From positions 9,226,184-9,290,183 of the forward strand of contig OZ316895.1 in assembly GCA_973895155.1 (NCBI GenBank): 64,000 nt of DNA. The letters run 5' to 3'. Position numbers and translations under genes: made by a program. Below are positions 12,236 through 24,782 of the stretch, one piece after another (within the stretch, counting starts at the first letter, position 1; each line of letters starts with the position of its first letter). The notes under the pieces were generated by a model, which saw only the letters and a list, made by a program, of their open reading frames with translations, did no database searches and was not told where the DNA came from. Source of the stretch: Marsupella aquatica (lineage: Eukaryota; Plantae; Marchantiophyta).

Positions 12236-14951
12236 ATGGATACTGAGGCTCCATCAATAGTTGATGGAGTCGTGGGTGTCGAATCGATACAAAACATGGT
12301 AGAACCACAGGTCCCAGTCAATGTACTTGGTAAACGTAGTGCAAAGAAACCTTCTAAGGTAGCAACACCTCCTACATGTGATGAGAAGCCAAAAGCCTCT
12401 AGAGGCAAGAATGTTGAGAAGCTCGTGGAGTCTTGGGATACAGCAGAGTTCCAGAGGGATGCATCTTATTTTGCATTGACGTTTGGACTCCCCGATGAAG
12501 GCGAGAATCCGTATAAGATAAGTGATATTCGTGACGATGATTTGGCTGCATGCTTTGGAGAGAAAACAAGGAGCGGTTATAAGCTGAATAACTATGTAGG
12601 TGTTCTTATTGAAGACATACTACATCTATCCCAAGTTGTGGATGGGTATGAGAAACCAGTGAATGGAGTTTTGGCTCATACATTTGTGAAAGGGGCCTAC
12701 GCTGAGCGAGTTCTTCATAGGAAAGTCAATTGGGCAGGATATGCGGCTGCTAAGCTGAAGGGACAGATTTTGCAATGGGAGCGAGAGGGGAAAGGTAGGC
12801 CTGATGGGCCTCCTTGTGTCCGGAAGCCACGTTTCTACCAACCGCCGGTGCCCGAAGAGTTTGATACAGAGACTAAGGATGTAGTTCAAGCAATTCAGAG
12901 AGCCTCCGCATCAACTGATGCATCCAAGGAGTTGAAGATCTGCCTTTGGGATAATGCAGCTGGTGCGATGGACATCGGGCAGAGCAAAGCGGATACACAC
13001 TTGTCTTTGGACAGTTTGGACATCCCAAAGGTTCATTTCATTCCTGAAGCTGGGCCCCCTGCATTGTTATTGGGAATTCTTGACTCTGCAATATCGTTAA
13101 CAGAGATCTGACTACGTGAGACTCACCAGGATTTTGCTACGGTTGAAACAAGCTTGGAGAGACTACATATGTCTATACGGGATCACCCAAGAACGCTTGC
13201 AAAACTCAGTGATGATTTCAGAACTAGGGAGATGGAGGTAGCTGAAGTTGGGCAGAGCATAGAGTCAACAGACAACGCAATTGAAGAACTTACGACTGTG
13301 CTTGAGCTAGAGCAAAACACAGAAGAAGTCGAGAACAATGAGGTATTAATATTTGTTGCTTAAATTCTCGCTAAATTTGTTTCTTAGATGTGTAAGAGAA
13401 TGCATAGCGGAGCCTTTCCCTGAAGTGAAGCGTAATGTACTCTCAAGTATGTCATTGCCAGTTTGCAGCAACCACATTGTCAATCTATAGTTTTCCATGC
13501 TATGTAGCTAGACCTGTATTGCGTTCCGCATTTGTGTAACTTAACAGTGTAGACTGTTAGTCCAACAATCAAGGTACTAGAATCTTACAATGGAAAGTGC
13601 TTCTTGTCCATGATTACAGGGGATCACTCAGTACACACTCATTTTGGAAGACCGGCCTAAGGCTGAAAAGGCAAAAATTGTGGAGTTGAAGGAGCGCCAA
13701 GGAACCGTTGTGAAGGAGTTGAACACATTGGAGCAGCTCATTGAAGTTGACCGGAAGCGGTATGAGACCTTGCCAGGGATGGTGGACCGATTGAGAAAAG
13801 TGGCTGCAGCACTGGAGTTGAAATTGAAGGAACTCAAGTTAGCCGAGGGAGCTCAAAGGTCTGAATATTCTACTTTGGCAGCGGTACTTGGCAATCCGTG
13901 TCTGCAATTGAGACCCACCTTTGTTGCAACATCAGCTCATGCAGAGGCAACCCAAGTTACAGTATCGGGTTGTCCAGTTTGTTGCAATGGCTATCATTGT
14001 TACAATTGGATCCCAGCATCGTGTGGGCACACCTATCATCCAAGCTGCCTGTTTCGTTTGATTGGTGGTAACTCAGAGACTGCTCCAAAGTGTTTTGCTT
14101 GTGGGACACTTTTCTCTAATGATTGGTTGCGAAGTTGGGGCTTGCCCATCAAGGGGGATCCGGAGCAGACGCGTGTTTCTTACATTGAAGACCTGAAAGA
14201 AGTGTACGGGAAGCACAGTATTCATCTTGGAAAACGAAGACAACTTGGAGAGCAAATGCAATATCTGCAACAAAGGGTACATCTACTTTTGTCTCAACTG
14301 CATTGTATTACCTCTCTACTTTGTATCAATCTTTTGTTTGCATTTATCTTCACCTATTGTAGAAAACCCATTGCATCGGTTGAACTTCATTGAATTCATA
14401 ATGCATGGCATGTGTTGACGCTTGGAATAATTAAGAGAATATCTCAAGTCACAGTCATCCATCTTTTCAGATTAGAAGAAATTATGACAAAGTTGAGATT
14501 ATCATCGATCAGGTGTCAGCATTCAATTTCCTCATTATTAATTTGGTTGTATGTATGTGTCCAGGAAAATGTCTATGCCCAAACAGAAATCTTCTTGAGT
14601 TCTTCAGAGGCTATCTTATGCAAACCGGCTGATGACAGTGAAGACCAGTCATCTAAAATGCCTTTCTTGACACCCAAAGTGGAGGGTGCGGATTTGAAGA
14701 AAAGACCGAGGGCTGTGGGGACTGTGGAATCCGCTAGGAAGGTGACAAGTAGATTGTTGACAAGTTTAGAGAATAACACGACGCCCTTTAACCCAGAGTC
14801 TCCATCTCAAGTTTCCTTCAAGCGGATGTTAGAACTTGTTGAGGCTGTCCCTGGACATCCAAACCCGGAATTGCCCCCACCTGATGGAGTGAAGAGTGTT
14901 TGCTCTAAACCATCAACCAAGTCCAGAAAGAAAATGGGGCTTTATCCTTGA
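12236..14951 (+). CDS. Gene A, copy 1: unknown N-terminal domain + coiled coil + RING-H2; 3 exons, with a premature TGA at 13109
   Basis: Predicted GT-AG introns 13343-13619 and 14277-14564 sit at the same positions as in copy 2. RING-H2 is CPVC-x13-CGHTYHPSC-x14-CFAC (13971-14102). The frame continues past the stop. Confidence 0.75.
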
Positions 14952-15304
14952 GCCTGGAGTTACAAGCTGGCAAGTTTGCCCACTGATTGGACTGACTTCT
15001 ATGTAATATCTATAATACAGTTAGTCTTGGGTTGATTTTGAATTGTTGAGTTAGTTGATAACACTAAGCGTTTGTTCTGTGCAGCAATCATCTCGAGCCA
15101 AGCGTGTGTCCTATTTCTGAACATAGTCAAGTAGCAGGTTGAAAGGTAACTTTGATCCTTGCACTCCAAATTTTGCTTAACAATTAGGTAATTTGTGCAT
15201 GTCCTTATTATAAACTAGGCATATCCTTTGCTTTGGTAGTCTTAGAGTACAGAAGGAACCAGATTGATTCCTTGAGATTAATGAGACTTCAAGCTGTATA
15301 GATC

Positions 15305-15790
15305 TGATTCAGGACTCCAAGGAGTGGCAGTTCTCTTAGAAGGACTTCTACTCATTCAGAAATGCAATCTGCGTCCTTCACAAAGGACTGAAGGTCATTC
15401 GCCGAGGACTCCTAGTCCATCTCTATGATCTAGGGTCCTTGAGTGTAAGCAAGGTTTGGTCTTTTCCCAAGGGGATCAACTACCACGCCCTTTCCAAGGA
15501 CTTGAACTCCTCTGGAAATTAAGGAGTTTGACTCCTTTGGGAAGGAGTTCGTGTCTTTTGGAAAGGAGCCAGACTCCTTTGGAAAGGAGCCTGAGTCCTT
15601 TTTCCAATAATTGGGGTCCTTGGCCTAGTCATTATAAGGAGTGCGGTCCTTTTCTTAGTCCTCTTAGTCCTTTTTAAGGACTACGTCCTTTCGAAAGTCC
15701 TTTTCCAAGGACTCAGAGCGCTTTGCCAAGGATTAATCAGTGGCAAAGCACGTTTCAGGTCCTTTGATCGAAAAGATTCAGTGTCTTTTT
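15305..15790. repeat. AAGGAC/GTCCTT motif array (copy 1, between genes A and B)
   Basis: Dense AAGGA(C/G)T and AGTCCTT motifs in both orientations. Confidence 0.75.
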
Positions 15791-15941
15791 CCAATGATAC
15801 TGTGTGCCTGAGCAGTGTGCTTGAAAAGCGTCAAACTTCAGCGTCAAATTAACCATAGTTTAAATCAATGCACCAAATAGTTTCTCACTCATTTGTAATA
15901 GATTGAGTCTCATGCACGCTCCTTTTGTTGGATTTGTGCAG

Positions 15942-16613
15942 ATGGACAAGAAAGACTTATTCTGCACTTTGAAGAGGGCCAAGATTGACTCGATGTGGGG
16001 GTTGTGTGCTGGAGCTTTTGTGTATGAAGGTTGTGGTGTATTGTTGAAGGATGGAAGGGCGTGTTCCTTGGGGAAGCACAAACGTAAACTCAGGAGGCAG
16101 GATCAGTCACCATTTGGTCCTCATTCTCGGAGTAGGTTGGAGCATATTTGTTGTGAAGATGGCAGTGGCACGTACATGTTTTGTTTTGCTGTGCAGGTTG
16201 GTGATGTTGTCATCCAGGTGAACGAAGATAAGGGCCTGCAATTGATGGGGATTTCGGGACAGTTGTTCAAGGAGTCTTGCAAACTTGACAAATCAAAGAG
16301 AACTGAAATTTGTGAACATGTGATGAGTTTGTTGTGGACGATTACTTATGTGAAAGATGAATGTGCAAATGATCTGCCTCGGGCTGTGAGATTTGAACAG
16401 TGCCCCTCTGAAGCTGATGGTGAGACCGAGGGTGCGACAAGCTTTGTAGAGTGCCCCTTGGATGTAGATGGTGACAAAGAGGATTCCAAGTTAAAATCAG
16501 AGAAGCATACGGATAGGAGATTTACTTCATCATTAGGCAGATTGAAGGATGCTATTACTGATTTATCAGGGGACATAGTACATTCGTTGAAGTCATTTCG
16601 CATCCATGAGTAG
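15942..16613 (+). CDS. Gene B, copy 1: Cys-containing protein resembling the RPA1 C-terminal zinc/OB-fold
   Basis: Intact ORF conserved in copy 2: FVYEGC..C..HICCED..YMFCFAVQVGD..NEDKGLQLMGISGQLFKE. The fold assignment is by pattern only. Confidence 0.6.
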   Translation: MDKKDLFCTLKRAKIDSMWGLCAGAFVYEGCGVLLKDGRACSLGKHKRKLRRQDQSPFGPHSRSRLEHICCEDGSGTYMFCFAVQVGDVVIQVNEDKGLQLMGISGQLFKESCKLDKSKRTEICEHVMSLLWTITYVKDECANDLPRAVRFEQCPSEADGETEGATSFVECPLDVDGDKEDSKLKSEKHTDRRFTSSLGRLKDAITDLSGDIVHSLKSFRIHE

Positions 16614-16989
16614 ACATTTCATTTCAGCACTATAAGTAGCCAGACAAAATTTTTGTAAATCCCATCTAGCAGAACAAAAGTGGCTAATTTTACAGTTTTG
16701 AAGGATTTCAGAGAGTACGTCTTTGATGTTTTGGAGTTCTGCTATCTCTTTGGGAGTTTGCACATGACTTTTATATATATAAAGATCCTGAGCATTTTCA
16801 ATAACTTTTGGTGATCCTTGCAAGCACAAGAAAGAGTTTGACTGGGAGTTTTGTGATGGAAACCGAGATGGAAACACAGACTCACTGGGCTTCAAAGAAG
16901 CTCAGCATTTACTCTCGAGTGTAGAAACTTTGTATGTGTAGGCAATTACGTGAACAGTGCGGCATGCTTGATTGATCCATCATTTGGTT

Positions 16990-17240
16990 GAGATGCTAAT
17001 GTCATTCTCACCAATGGGCCACCATGAACTAGAGCACAAAGTCCAGAGCAAGCGCAGTTGTCAAGCCCATAGAAATAGTCGAGGCCAGGTGAGCTTTGTT
17101 GATGTTGTTGCCCAACCACCCGATTGAGATGGCCAGGCCATGTGGTAACCTTCAGTCTCAACAATGTGGAGAAGGGCCATTGTATTCAAACTTTCACAGA
17201 TGGAGGTGGCATGCCATCAAGAACAGAGGAGAGCCCATGG
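16990..17240 (-). pseudogene. Captured fragment resembling the NRT1/PTR (NPF) transporter C-terminus
   Basis: With frameshifts it reads LSSVL..KVTTWPGH/GWLGNNINKAHL/LDYFYGL, matching the family signature W(L/I)xNN(L/I)NxxHLDYFY. Confidence 0.5.
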
Positions 17241-18744
17241 TTGTCAAATGCTATAGTAGAATGTAATAGAATTTCATGGATCTGTTGTCTTCAATTCCCA
17301 CCAAAGAAAAATTGTAACTTAATTTAGATAATTTTATTTGGATCATGGGACAATGTGCTGATCAAAGGTTTTGCTTCCACAATTGATATTGATGAAGATA
17401 ATAGGGAAGAGAGAGTCATGCGTAGTAATACATCAATGTGGACATTATAAGAGATTTCCCTGCACAATGATCCCCCAAGAGGCTCTCGATTCAATACTCA
17501 CGATTTGGAGACCTCGGATTATGTGGATCTCTTCTGCACCTGAACTACAGACTTTATATATGGGGCCATCCCACTTCTAAATGTCAAAACAACGTTTACA
17601 CAATCGTTGAGAGGCATGAGACAATATAGACTTGATCAAGGTCTGTTCTCCAACAAAGTACTTTGTAGACCTCTGAAACTGTATGTATATTAATTTGTTT
17701 ACTCAATTATTCTTTGCCTTGGTACGTGGATTTCTAACAAAAATCTCAATGCAACAATATAATCTCACAAGTGTTAAATCCACGCAGCCCATTCAAATTG
17801 TAAGACATGGATGGAATGTGGTCATGAAATCCTAAACCTGGGCAAGTGCAAAAATACATAAATATAAACATAATACTACATGTGTTGTAGGAGATGAAAG
17901 ACTTACAACTTTACAACTTTTCATTCAATTAAAGGAGCACAAACATTGACTGCTCTGGTTGTTGGACTGAAAGAATCAATGACTGAAGCATAAGAGAACA
18001 AGATAGCTTCCATGAATCCGGGCAAGAATTTCAGCCCTGGATTGGAAACTAAAGGATGCAAAAGTTACAAGGTGGTACTTGCCAACATATATTGATATCT
18101 GGAATGAGATGTACTATGCTTGAAAAGCAGTCTTCAAGAGCACATGCTTTGTGGAGTTTTCTTTAAACAAGTCAACATGCCTATACATGGCCTATGATGA
18201 TAATAATGGTGAAATAGGCAACAACCAAATGATACCCTGGCCTCCATCATGTGCCTATAGGATGGATTTGAGAGCTTGGTAGCTGAGCCACAACAATTGG
18301 CAATTAAGAAGCTAAAACATGCCACAAGTGCAGTCGAGTCTAGTGGCCCCCTGATGCTATGTATTATATTAAATTCAAAATAATCCTTCTGAATCTAGGA
18401 GTCAATGTCAACTGGTCCTGGGCTGCTCCTGAGGGTGCGCTAACACTACCTACTCAGTAAACTGTATGCATGTTGACTAGAACCAACAAACTGTACTACA
18501 TTTCCTTGCTATAAGTCAGATCTGATTGCTTTCCTCCAATTAATGTACGTACTGTTACCGGTATGTCAAATGTCATATCTCAATTTCCTGAATCAATCTA
18601 CCTACATGGAGTTCAACTGAAACAAAGAGCATCTATGAAAGCAGTGCCTAAACTGACTGTCCTGGACAGAGTACTTAAACCTGTGCTCATTCACGTCTCG
18701 ACTCCTTTCAATCAACCATTGATTGAAAGCTGATTGTAGTTTGC

Positions 18745-19170
18745 TTCCTAAGGACTTGTCAAGTCCTTCATTCCAAAGAACCTAAGTCCTTTGAAAGGAC
18801 ATGAGTCCTTTCAAAGGAATCGGGTCCTTTAGTCCCTTGTAAAGGACCCAGGTCCTTCAAAAGCACAAGAGTCCTAGGGTCTAAAGGACTCAAGTCCTTC
18901 ACTCCGAAGGACATGAGTCCTTCATAAGGACTGGAGCCCTTCAACCGTAAGGACTAAAGTCCTTTCAACCCTTTAGTCCTTCAAACCCAAGGACTCTAGT
19001 CCTTCAAATCCAAGGACTCTAGTCCTTCAAACCCAAGGACTCAAATGCTTTGAAGTACTACAATCCTTCAATCAGCAAGAATTTAGGACAAACAAGGACT
19101 CAACTCCTTTGTCAAGCAAAAGAGTAAATGGGCCACATTAATCAAGGTCCTTAGACCCAAGGACTTAACA
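18745..19170. repeat. AAGGAC/GTCCTT motif array downstream of the copy 1 transposase
   Basis: Includes ~22-bp tandem units CCAAGGACTCTAGTCCTTCAAA, each internally palindromic. Confidence 0.8.
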
Positions 19171-19392
19171 CAAATCACGAGACTCATGATAATAGCACTC
19201 TTACAATAAAATAGTTACAGTCTGACTAGTTGAAAGGGTCAAATAAGTGATAAAACAGTAGAAAGTCCTGGCCTTCTTTAGAACTCAATACCTTGCTCCC
19301 AATCATGACAGAAACTCATGGGGAAGCTCTGGTCACAATGTTCACAATGAAACACCTAGGCAGGTCAGGCCAGGGCTCCAACGTTCTAATTC

Positions 19393-22300
19393 CTAAACAA
19401 ACTCCCTTGAACCAACTGTAACTTGCGAAGTTAAGGAAGCTGTAATTGCTACAAGTGTATCTCCGTCTAAGTTGTACCATCTGCTACCACCTTTTGTACC
19501 CGTACTCACCTCACAAGGAGTCAAAGCAAATCTGATGTGAACAACAGACCTTGCATGAGTATAGCTTGAAGGTGCAGCAGCATTGTACACAAATTTTGTT
19601 TCGCTCCTTGGGTTTGGTTGATACCAATGTCCCTTCAATGCTAAGTCACCTGCGTCAAACTCCACCTGATAATCATCCCTGAATTTCTTCTGAACTTTTT
19701 GCAGCACTGCCTCACATTGAAGGATGTAAAAATCAACATTCCACTTATTTGGTTGGTCAGCTTCCACAACATAGAAATCACCCAGTGTGACCAACTCTGC
19801 CAACGAGCCTTCCTCCCATTCAGAGCCCCCTTGCCCCACTCCAAAGCTCTCTATGTCAAGTCGAACATCACTTGGCAATACTCCTTTCACCATCTCAAGT
19901 TTAAAATGTCCTACCCACTCTATATTCTCACATTTGGCCGATTCGTCATCTACACAATGAGCACAGAAACAACAAAGCTCCCTCACTTGTAAAAGAGTTG
20001 AAAGACTGTTACTAAAACCATCAAAGCAATGTAAAGTTCTACTTCCCTTGATCGGATCACAATCCCATTTCTTTCTGCGATTCACATCTTGTGCACCAAT
20101 TTCCCAAAACATACGCCTCACCATTTGAACATCACCATACTCTTTCTCTTGGCCAAGCGCAAATTTGTCTTTGCAGAATGCAACTACGTCATGTGCATCC
20201 TCTAACCGAGCGCCATGAATTCCTTTCAACTGCTCCTTCTCAATTCCACTTTTGATGTGACCACCGAGAGCATCGTAAAATCAGTACACCAATTCAGCAT
20301 CATAGGTGAATGTATGTACAACCTGTACAATGAAAAATGAAAAATTGTTCTACAAAGACATGCAGAGGAGCTAGAGCAAGGTTTAGAAACTCACAGCAAC
20401 ACCTTTCCCATGTCCTGAAGCATGGAAGAACCACTTCATTCTAGCACCATGACGCTTGTAGTATCTTGAGACATAGTAGAATGGCCTGCAAGCCTTAAAC
20501 TGTGAAGCCGCTCCATCTGACCAAACCCAATGTTGATTGAATGCAATTCCTTCATCCTTCATCCATTGTGCATGTGAATCCATGTAGTGTTGCACAAACA
20601 GAGTGTCATGGGTATTGTCATCACTAATATAGAAGTGATAATCAGCTATAATATCTCGAGTCCCACTGTCATCTTGTGCCATTTGGACAGACCTACCCAC
20701 AGCAGCCTCAAGAGATGTGACATCTTCCCGATGGCGATAGGTGACATGTATCAGCAAGGTTATCTGCTTGTTATCCCAATGCTGAGTTTGGATCTCATTC
20801 TGAATCTTGAATGTATAATTCTCAGAAAAATCTATAGAGGAGACTATAGTTCCCCTTGGAAATGTCTTCAAGCACAATTTGGACTGAACACCTTGCCAAC
20901 GGGCTCTGAAATTATGAATAAGAAAAGTCTTCATTGTACTTAATACCTGCAGCTTGAAATCTGGAAGAGAAGTTTTCTTGTGCACCATCCTCAATCGCCT
21001 CACTTTTTGCAGCGCACTTTCAGCAGTTCCTTTCTTCTTCTCCCTCTTGGTCTGAGCCTTCTCATCTAGGTCCACATACTGAAACGTGGACCAATCAACA
21101 TAGAGCCTCTCTGTGATGTCCAGCTCTTTTTCACACCACACCAACTTATCAACTCCACATGAGTTACAACGCCCAAATATACATTCTTTCTTGTGCCATT
21201 CCTGCCCCTCGCCTTTTGGACAAACTGCTCCCTCAATCCATTCTCGCGCAGATGTAATGTGACTCTTATAAGCTACACAGGAAAGAACACCTTCTGAACT
21301 ACATACGAAGCAATCACAAGTACAATCCTTAGGGTGGTGGTGTTTCCTGAACTTGTTGAGTGCCTCTTTCAAGAGATCCATCTCCACATGTTGTTTGCAG
21401 CAACAAACATTTTGATCCTTCATAGTGCGGATGTAGTAGGGCTTCAGGTTAGAGAACGACCTGAGTCCTATTAAAGAAATTGCATTCCACTCCAAGGTCC
21501 ACCAATCACGGAATTTCATAAAGAACTCAACCTGCAAGATGGGAGTAATGCGCAGGTTAGACTTATGGCAGAATTGAAGACAAAATTCACAGCTTCAGGA
21601 AATGAAATTCATTGCCACAAGTAGATTTATTGAGGTCTAAATATAGTCATTCCCTGTTCTCTAGATAATCAGATTCAACCAAAACCTAGACTCACAAAAT
21701 GCAAACTGTGAGAGAAGTAAACAAAATAATTTACCTCTGTATCCTTAAGCCAATGCTTTTGATGTGTTTCATACTTGTTCACACCCACTCGGAATCTGGC
21801 TTCATCATTCTTACAAGGAGAAATGCGAGTGTGGGTCTCCCAAAACTTTTCCACAATGTGTCTGACTTCATCAGAAATCTTGTCACTGCGCACTTGTCTT
21901 TCCCCCATTGGATATTTGACTGATGCATCCTCATCTAGTTGTCTCCTCACTAGTGATGCTTTATGAAGGTTCTGTCGTTTGATGCCCAAAGCATTGGCCA
22001 ATGAGGTCTGGTACCTATTCCCTACTGTGAATTTTCCAACCAATGCTGTCAACAATGCTTGCTTTGTAGCTAGATGATCTTTCCGCCTAGTGTTTTTATG
22101 AGATCCGCCACTGCAGCACCTACAGAGTTGTCCAACCTTGGGCAACCAAGTGCTGCGGGTTGATAATCCCTCAAAGAATTGTGCATCCAAAATCTCTGCA
22201 AGACTAATTTTTTTGCATCTACATTGAACTTCTCCATTCGATTCAATAGATCTCTAATTATCTCATGGACTAAAGCATCAATACACCTTCGCTTCCTATT

Positions 22301-22876
22301 GGGAGTTGGATTCACCTCACTGTTATTTGTGGTTTTTCTTTTCATCCTTGTGCTATACTGTTGGTTGTCCCAATATGCAACTCTTTTCCTCGATGCCTCT
22401 TTCCTTCTGAATGCCGCAGCCTTGTCTACATCAACAACCAACCCTACCTCGTCAGTACTACACCCGACTTGTCTATTCAAGGTTTGGAGATGTGCTTCCT
22501 TTCGACTTATGCTCACATCCAATCTGGACAGCCTTTCCTTGTGTGCAGCCAATAGAGTCTGTAACGTAACGACATCTTGATGTGCCCGTGCAGTGATTTG
22601 AAGTGCCTCAATCTTGGCAGCATTCTCAAGCTCTACACATTGTTGCTTCGCATGAAGAAGCAACTGCGCACCTTCTTCCTTTGCATCAGCAAGCAATTGT
22701 AGACCTTGCTGCTCAACTTCTTCCAACATGGATTGCTCAATTAGCACGACATATTTCTTCCTCTGCTCCTTCTCGTAGTAAACCTTGCGCCTTTGAAGAT
22801 TTTGTGCTTCTCTCTTCTTTTGTGCCGATTCATCTTCTGCTTCACAAACGACCTTCACCATGATCTCATCGATCAA
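19393..22876 (-). pseudogene. Sola2-like DDD transposase, copy 1 (3 exons; frameshift and damaged acceptor)
   Basis: IDFSENY, WSDGAASQFK, SGHGKGVA|DALGG. Introns are ~21532-21734 and ~20275-20394; the second acceptor reads TAC rather than YAG. Frameshift near 22100. Confidence 0.82.
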
Positions 22877-23219
22877 CTTCTAATACTCAAAGACTTGTAC
22901 TCTATCAAATGCTTTGGGCGGGCCCGTGTACGGGGCTTTGTGATATCTGATGGAATTGAGTTGACTGATTGGAACCTACATCGCAATGTGCGGGAGTTGT
23001 TAGATTGGAACCTGCGTTGCAATGTGCGGGAATTACAGTCTTCTTGGACTTAATTTCTTGCAAGGAAGTGTAGACTCATTTGCGCTCTTCGCAATAGCTA
23101 GTAGGCTGAGCATTCACCGCACAATCAGGTCATTGCAATGCAATAGGTCAACCAAATCTTTAGCGGAACATTTAAATCACAATGTGGCATACCTAACGCC
23201 TGTATGTGATTCAGCTTAA

Positions 23220-23382
23220 GATGATGAGTGCCTGCCGTGGAAGAGCACCCGGAGCCTCTCACTGATCAAATGATCAGTGCCTCCCTTCGGCGAGCATCTC
23301 AAGCCCGTAGTTGCACTTTCAGACGATGAGTGCCTCCCTTCAACCAGCCTGCGGAATCTTAATTTGAACTGAGCGCCTCCCA
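23220..23382. repeat. Short dispersed repeats upstream of the copy 1 transposase
   Basis: Four GATGAGTGCCTCCC-like motifs; a separate GACAGGATCCTTGGC tandem lies at ~23784-23860. Confidence 0.5.
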
Positions 23383-24078
23383 TATATATCTACGTACCAA
23401 GCTACCATTGCCAATTCTCTTCTGTCTTATAACTTAAGTTGCTTCTCCTTTCCATTTTCAGAATGCCAGGCATACGTCTATTTCACAATGCCAAATTTTG
23501 CTCAAGAGGCCTGTGATTAACTCATCGACATTCATTGATGTTGTGTCGCGGTTTCTCTATCATCAGTGACCAAAATCACCAACTCGCGTGGGAATGTGCA
23601 CGCACAAACTTCTCTCCTAAGTTGTACCATCATTTGTGATCTTGGGAAATTGTTGTGAGTCCTTTCTTGAGGACTCTCTCCTTTTGGGAGTCCTCGTATT
23701 CAAATTAATTCAAACAATGCACAAACCTCTAAGCAGTCAACGACAATTCTGAATATCTGGCAAAGTAGTAGGACTCAAGCCTCGACAGGATCCTTGGCTT
23801 TCACGCTTTCCCAAGATGGACAGGATCCTTGGCATTCACGCTCTTCCATGTTTGACAGGCTCTTGTGCATTGTCATGCTTTCTCGTGACTAGGGAAATAA
23901 ATCAAATATCTTGTCAAATTCAAATATGACCGTAAGATTGACCCAAACAAATCTAGGCCATTCCATGTAACATTTGGTCATTCTTGGTATCCCATGCGTA
24001 TGTGGCCAAAGAGTCTAGTCCTTTTTGAGGAGAAAAGGATATCCTTTTAGTACCCCTCAATCTTGCCATCCACCAATC

Positions 24079-24782
24079 CCATGGTGGCAAGGTCTCCATC
24101 AGCTCCATAAGATGTGGAAGGACCATGGGATGTGGAAGGTCCATAGGATGTTGATGCCCATCACCAAAAGTAGGTCTCACCTAGGAACTAGCCATGGCAC
24201 CTAGCTGTTGCTCCAATTGAGCAATCTTAGCATCCTTTGGATCTATGGTTACAGCAGGGGCAGCATCACCTCCCTGTCTCCCTGCATGTGGCATGCCACG
24301 ACCACGTCCACCGCCTCTACCTCCTCCTCCTCCTCTTCCCTGATCATGTGTATGGGATCCTCCTCTCCGTAACTCAGGATGGAGTGAGAAACACCTATCC
24401 TTGGTGTGTCCGGGAGCTCCACAGTGATCACACTGTCGTTGATCAGGCGCTGATGCTCCCCCTGATCCTCTATGATCTGGGCAATATCTCTGTGGATGAT
24501 CCCCACCACAGGTCCAACATCTTGACTGCTGTCCAGCATAAGAGGACATAGGTCTCTGGCTGGTAGACTCTCGTGCAGTAGGCTTCTCCCTCTGGCTCTT
24601 CCGTGCAGTAGGCTGTGGTGTGGATGTGGATGCAGCCTTTGGTGCTTCCTTGGCAAATCCGGAAGTCACCACCTTCTCATTCACCATATTGAGCTCAATG
24701 CGCTCAGAAAGTGTAAAAACAATTGCTAATGTGGGATCTGCATCCCTAAGCAGAGTGACATCTCTCACTTTGCGTCGCAATT
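24079..24782 (-). pseudogene. gag: Gag C-terminal part of the DNMT-Gypsy (two zinc knuckles, RGG tract), isolated between the two Sola-like copies
   Basis: CWTCGGDHPQRYC, CDHCGAPGHTKDRC and GRGGGGGRGGGRGRG. Joins the protease side in frame across the copy 1 TSD. Confidence 0.85.

Larger units (their letters stand above)
11197..24074. mobile_element. Sola2-like DNA transposon, copy 1 (12.9 kb)
   Basis: 25-bp TIR GGTGGATGGCAAGAT(C/T)GAGGGGTAC at both ends; perfect 4-bp TSD AATC (11193-11196 and 24075-24078); DFSENY/WSDG/GHGKG transposase inside. Confidence 0.85.
5300..24782 (-). mobile_element. Ty3/Gypsy LTR retrotransposon encoding a cytosine methyltransferase and a PHD finger (5'-truncated, interrupted by Sola-like copy 1)
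   Basis: Minus-strand order: gag Zn knuckles (24181-24780), protease, DNMT, RT, RNase H, integrase, PHD, PPT, 3' LTR. Removing 11197-24078 restores an in-frame GDLATMGFMCGTAH junction. Confidence 0.88.

Noticed and set aside
11213-24058. GAGGGGTAC as the true termini (GRG-type Sola2 ends)
   Set aside because: Inverted identity extends 16 bp further out in both copies, and only the outer boundary gives a perfect 4-bp TSD (AATC) and an in-frame host junction.
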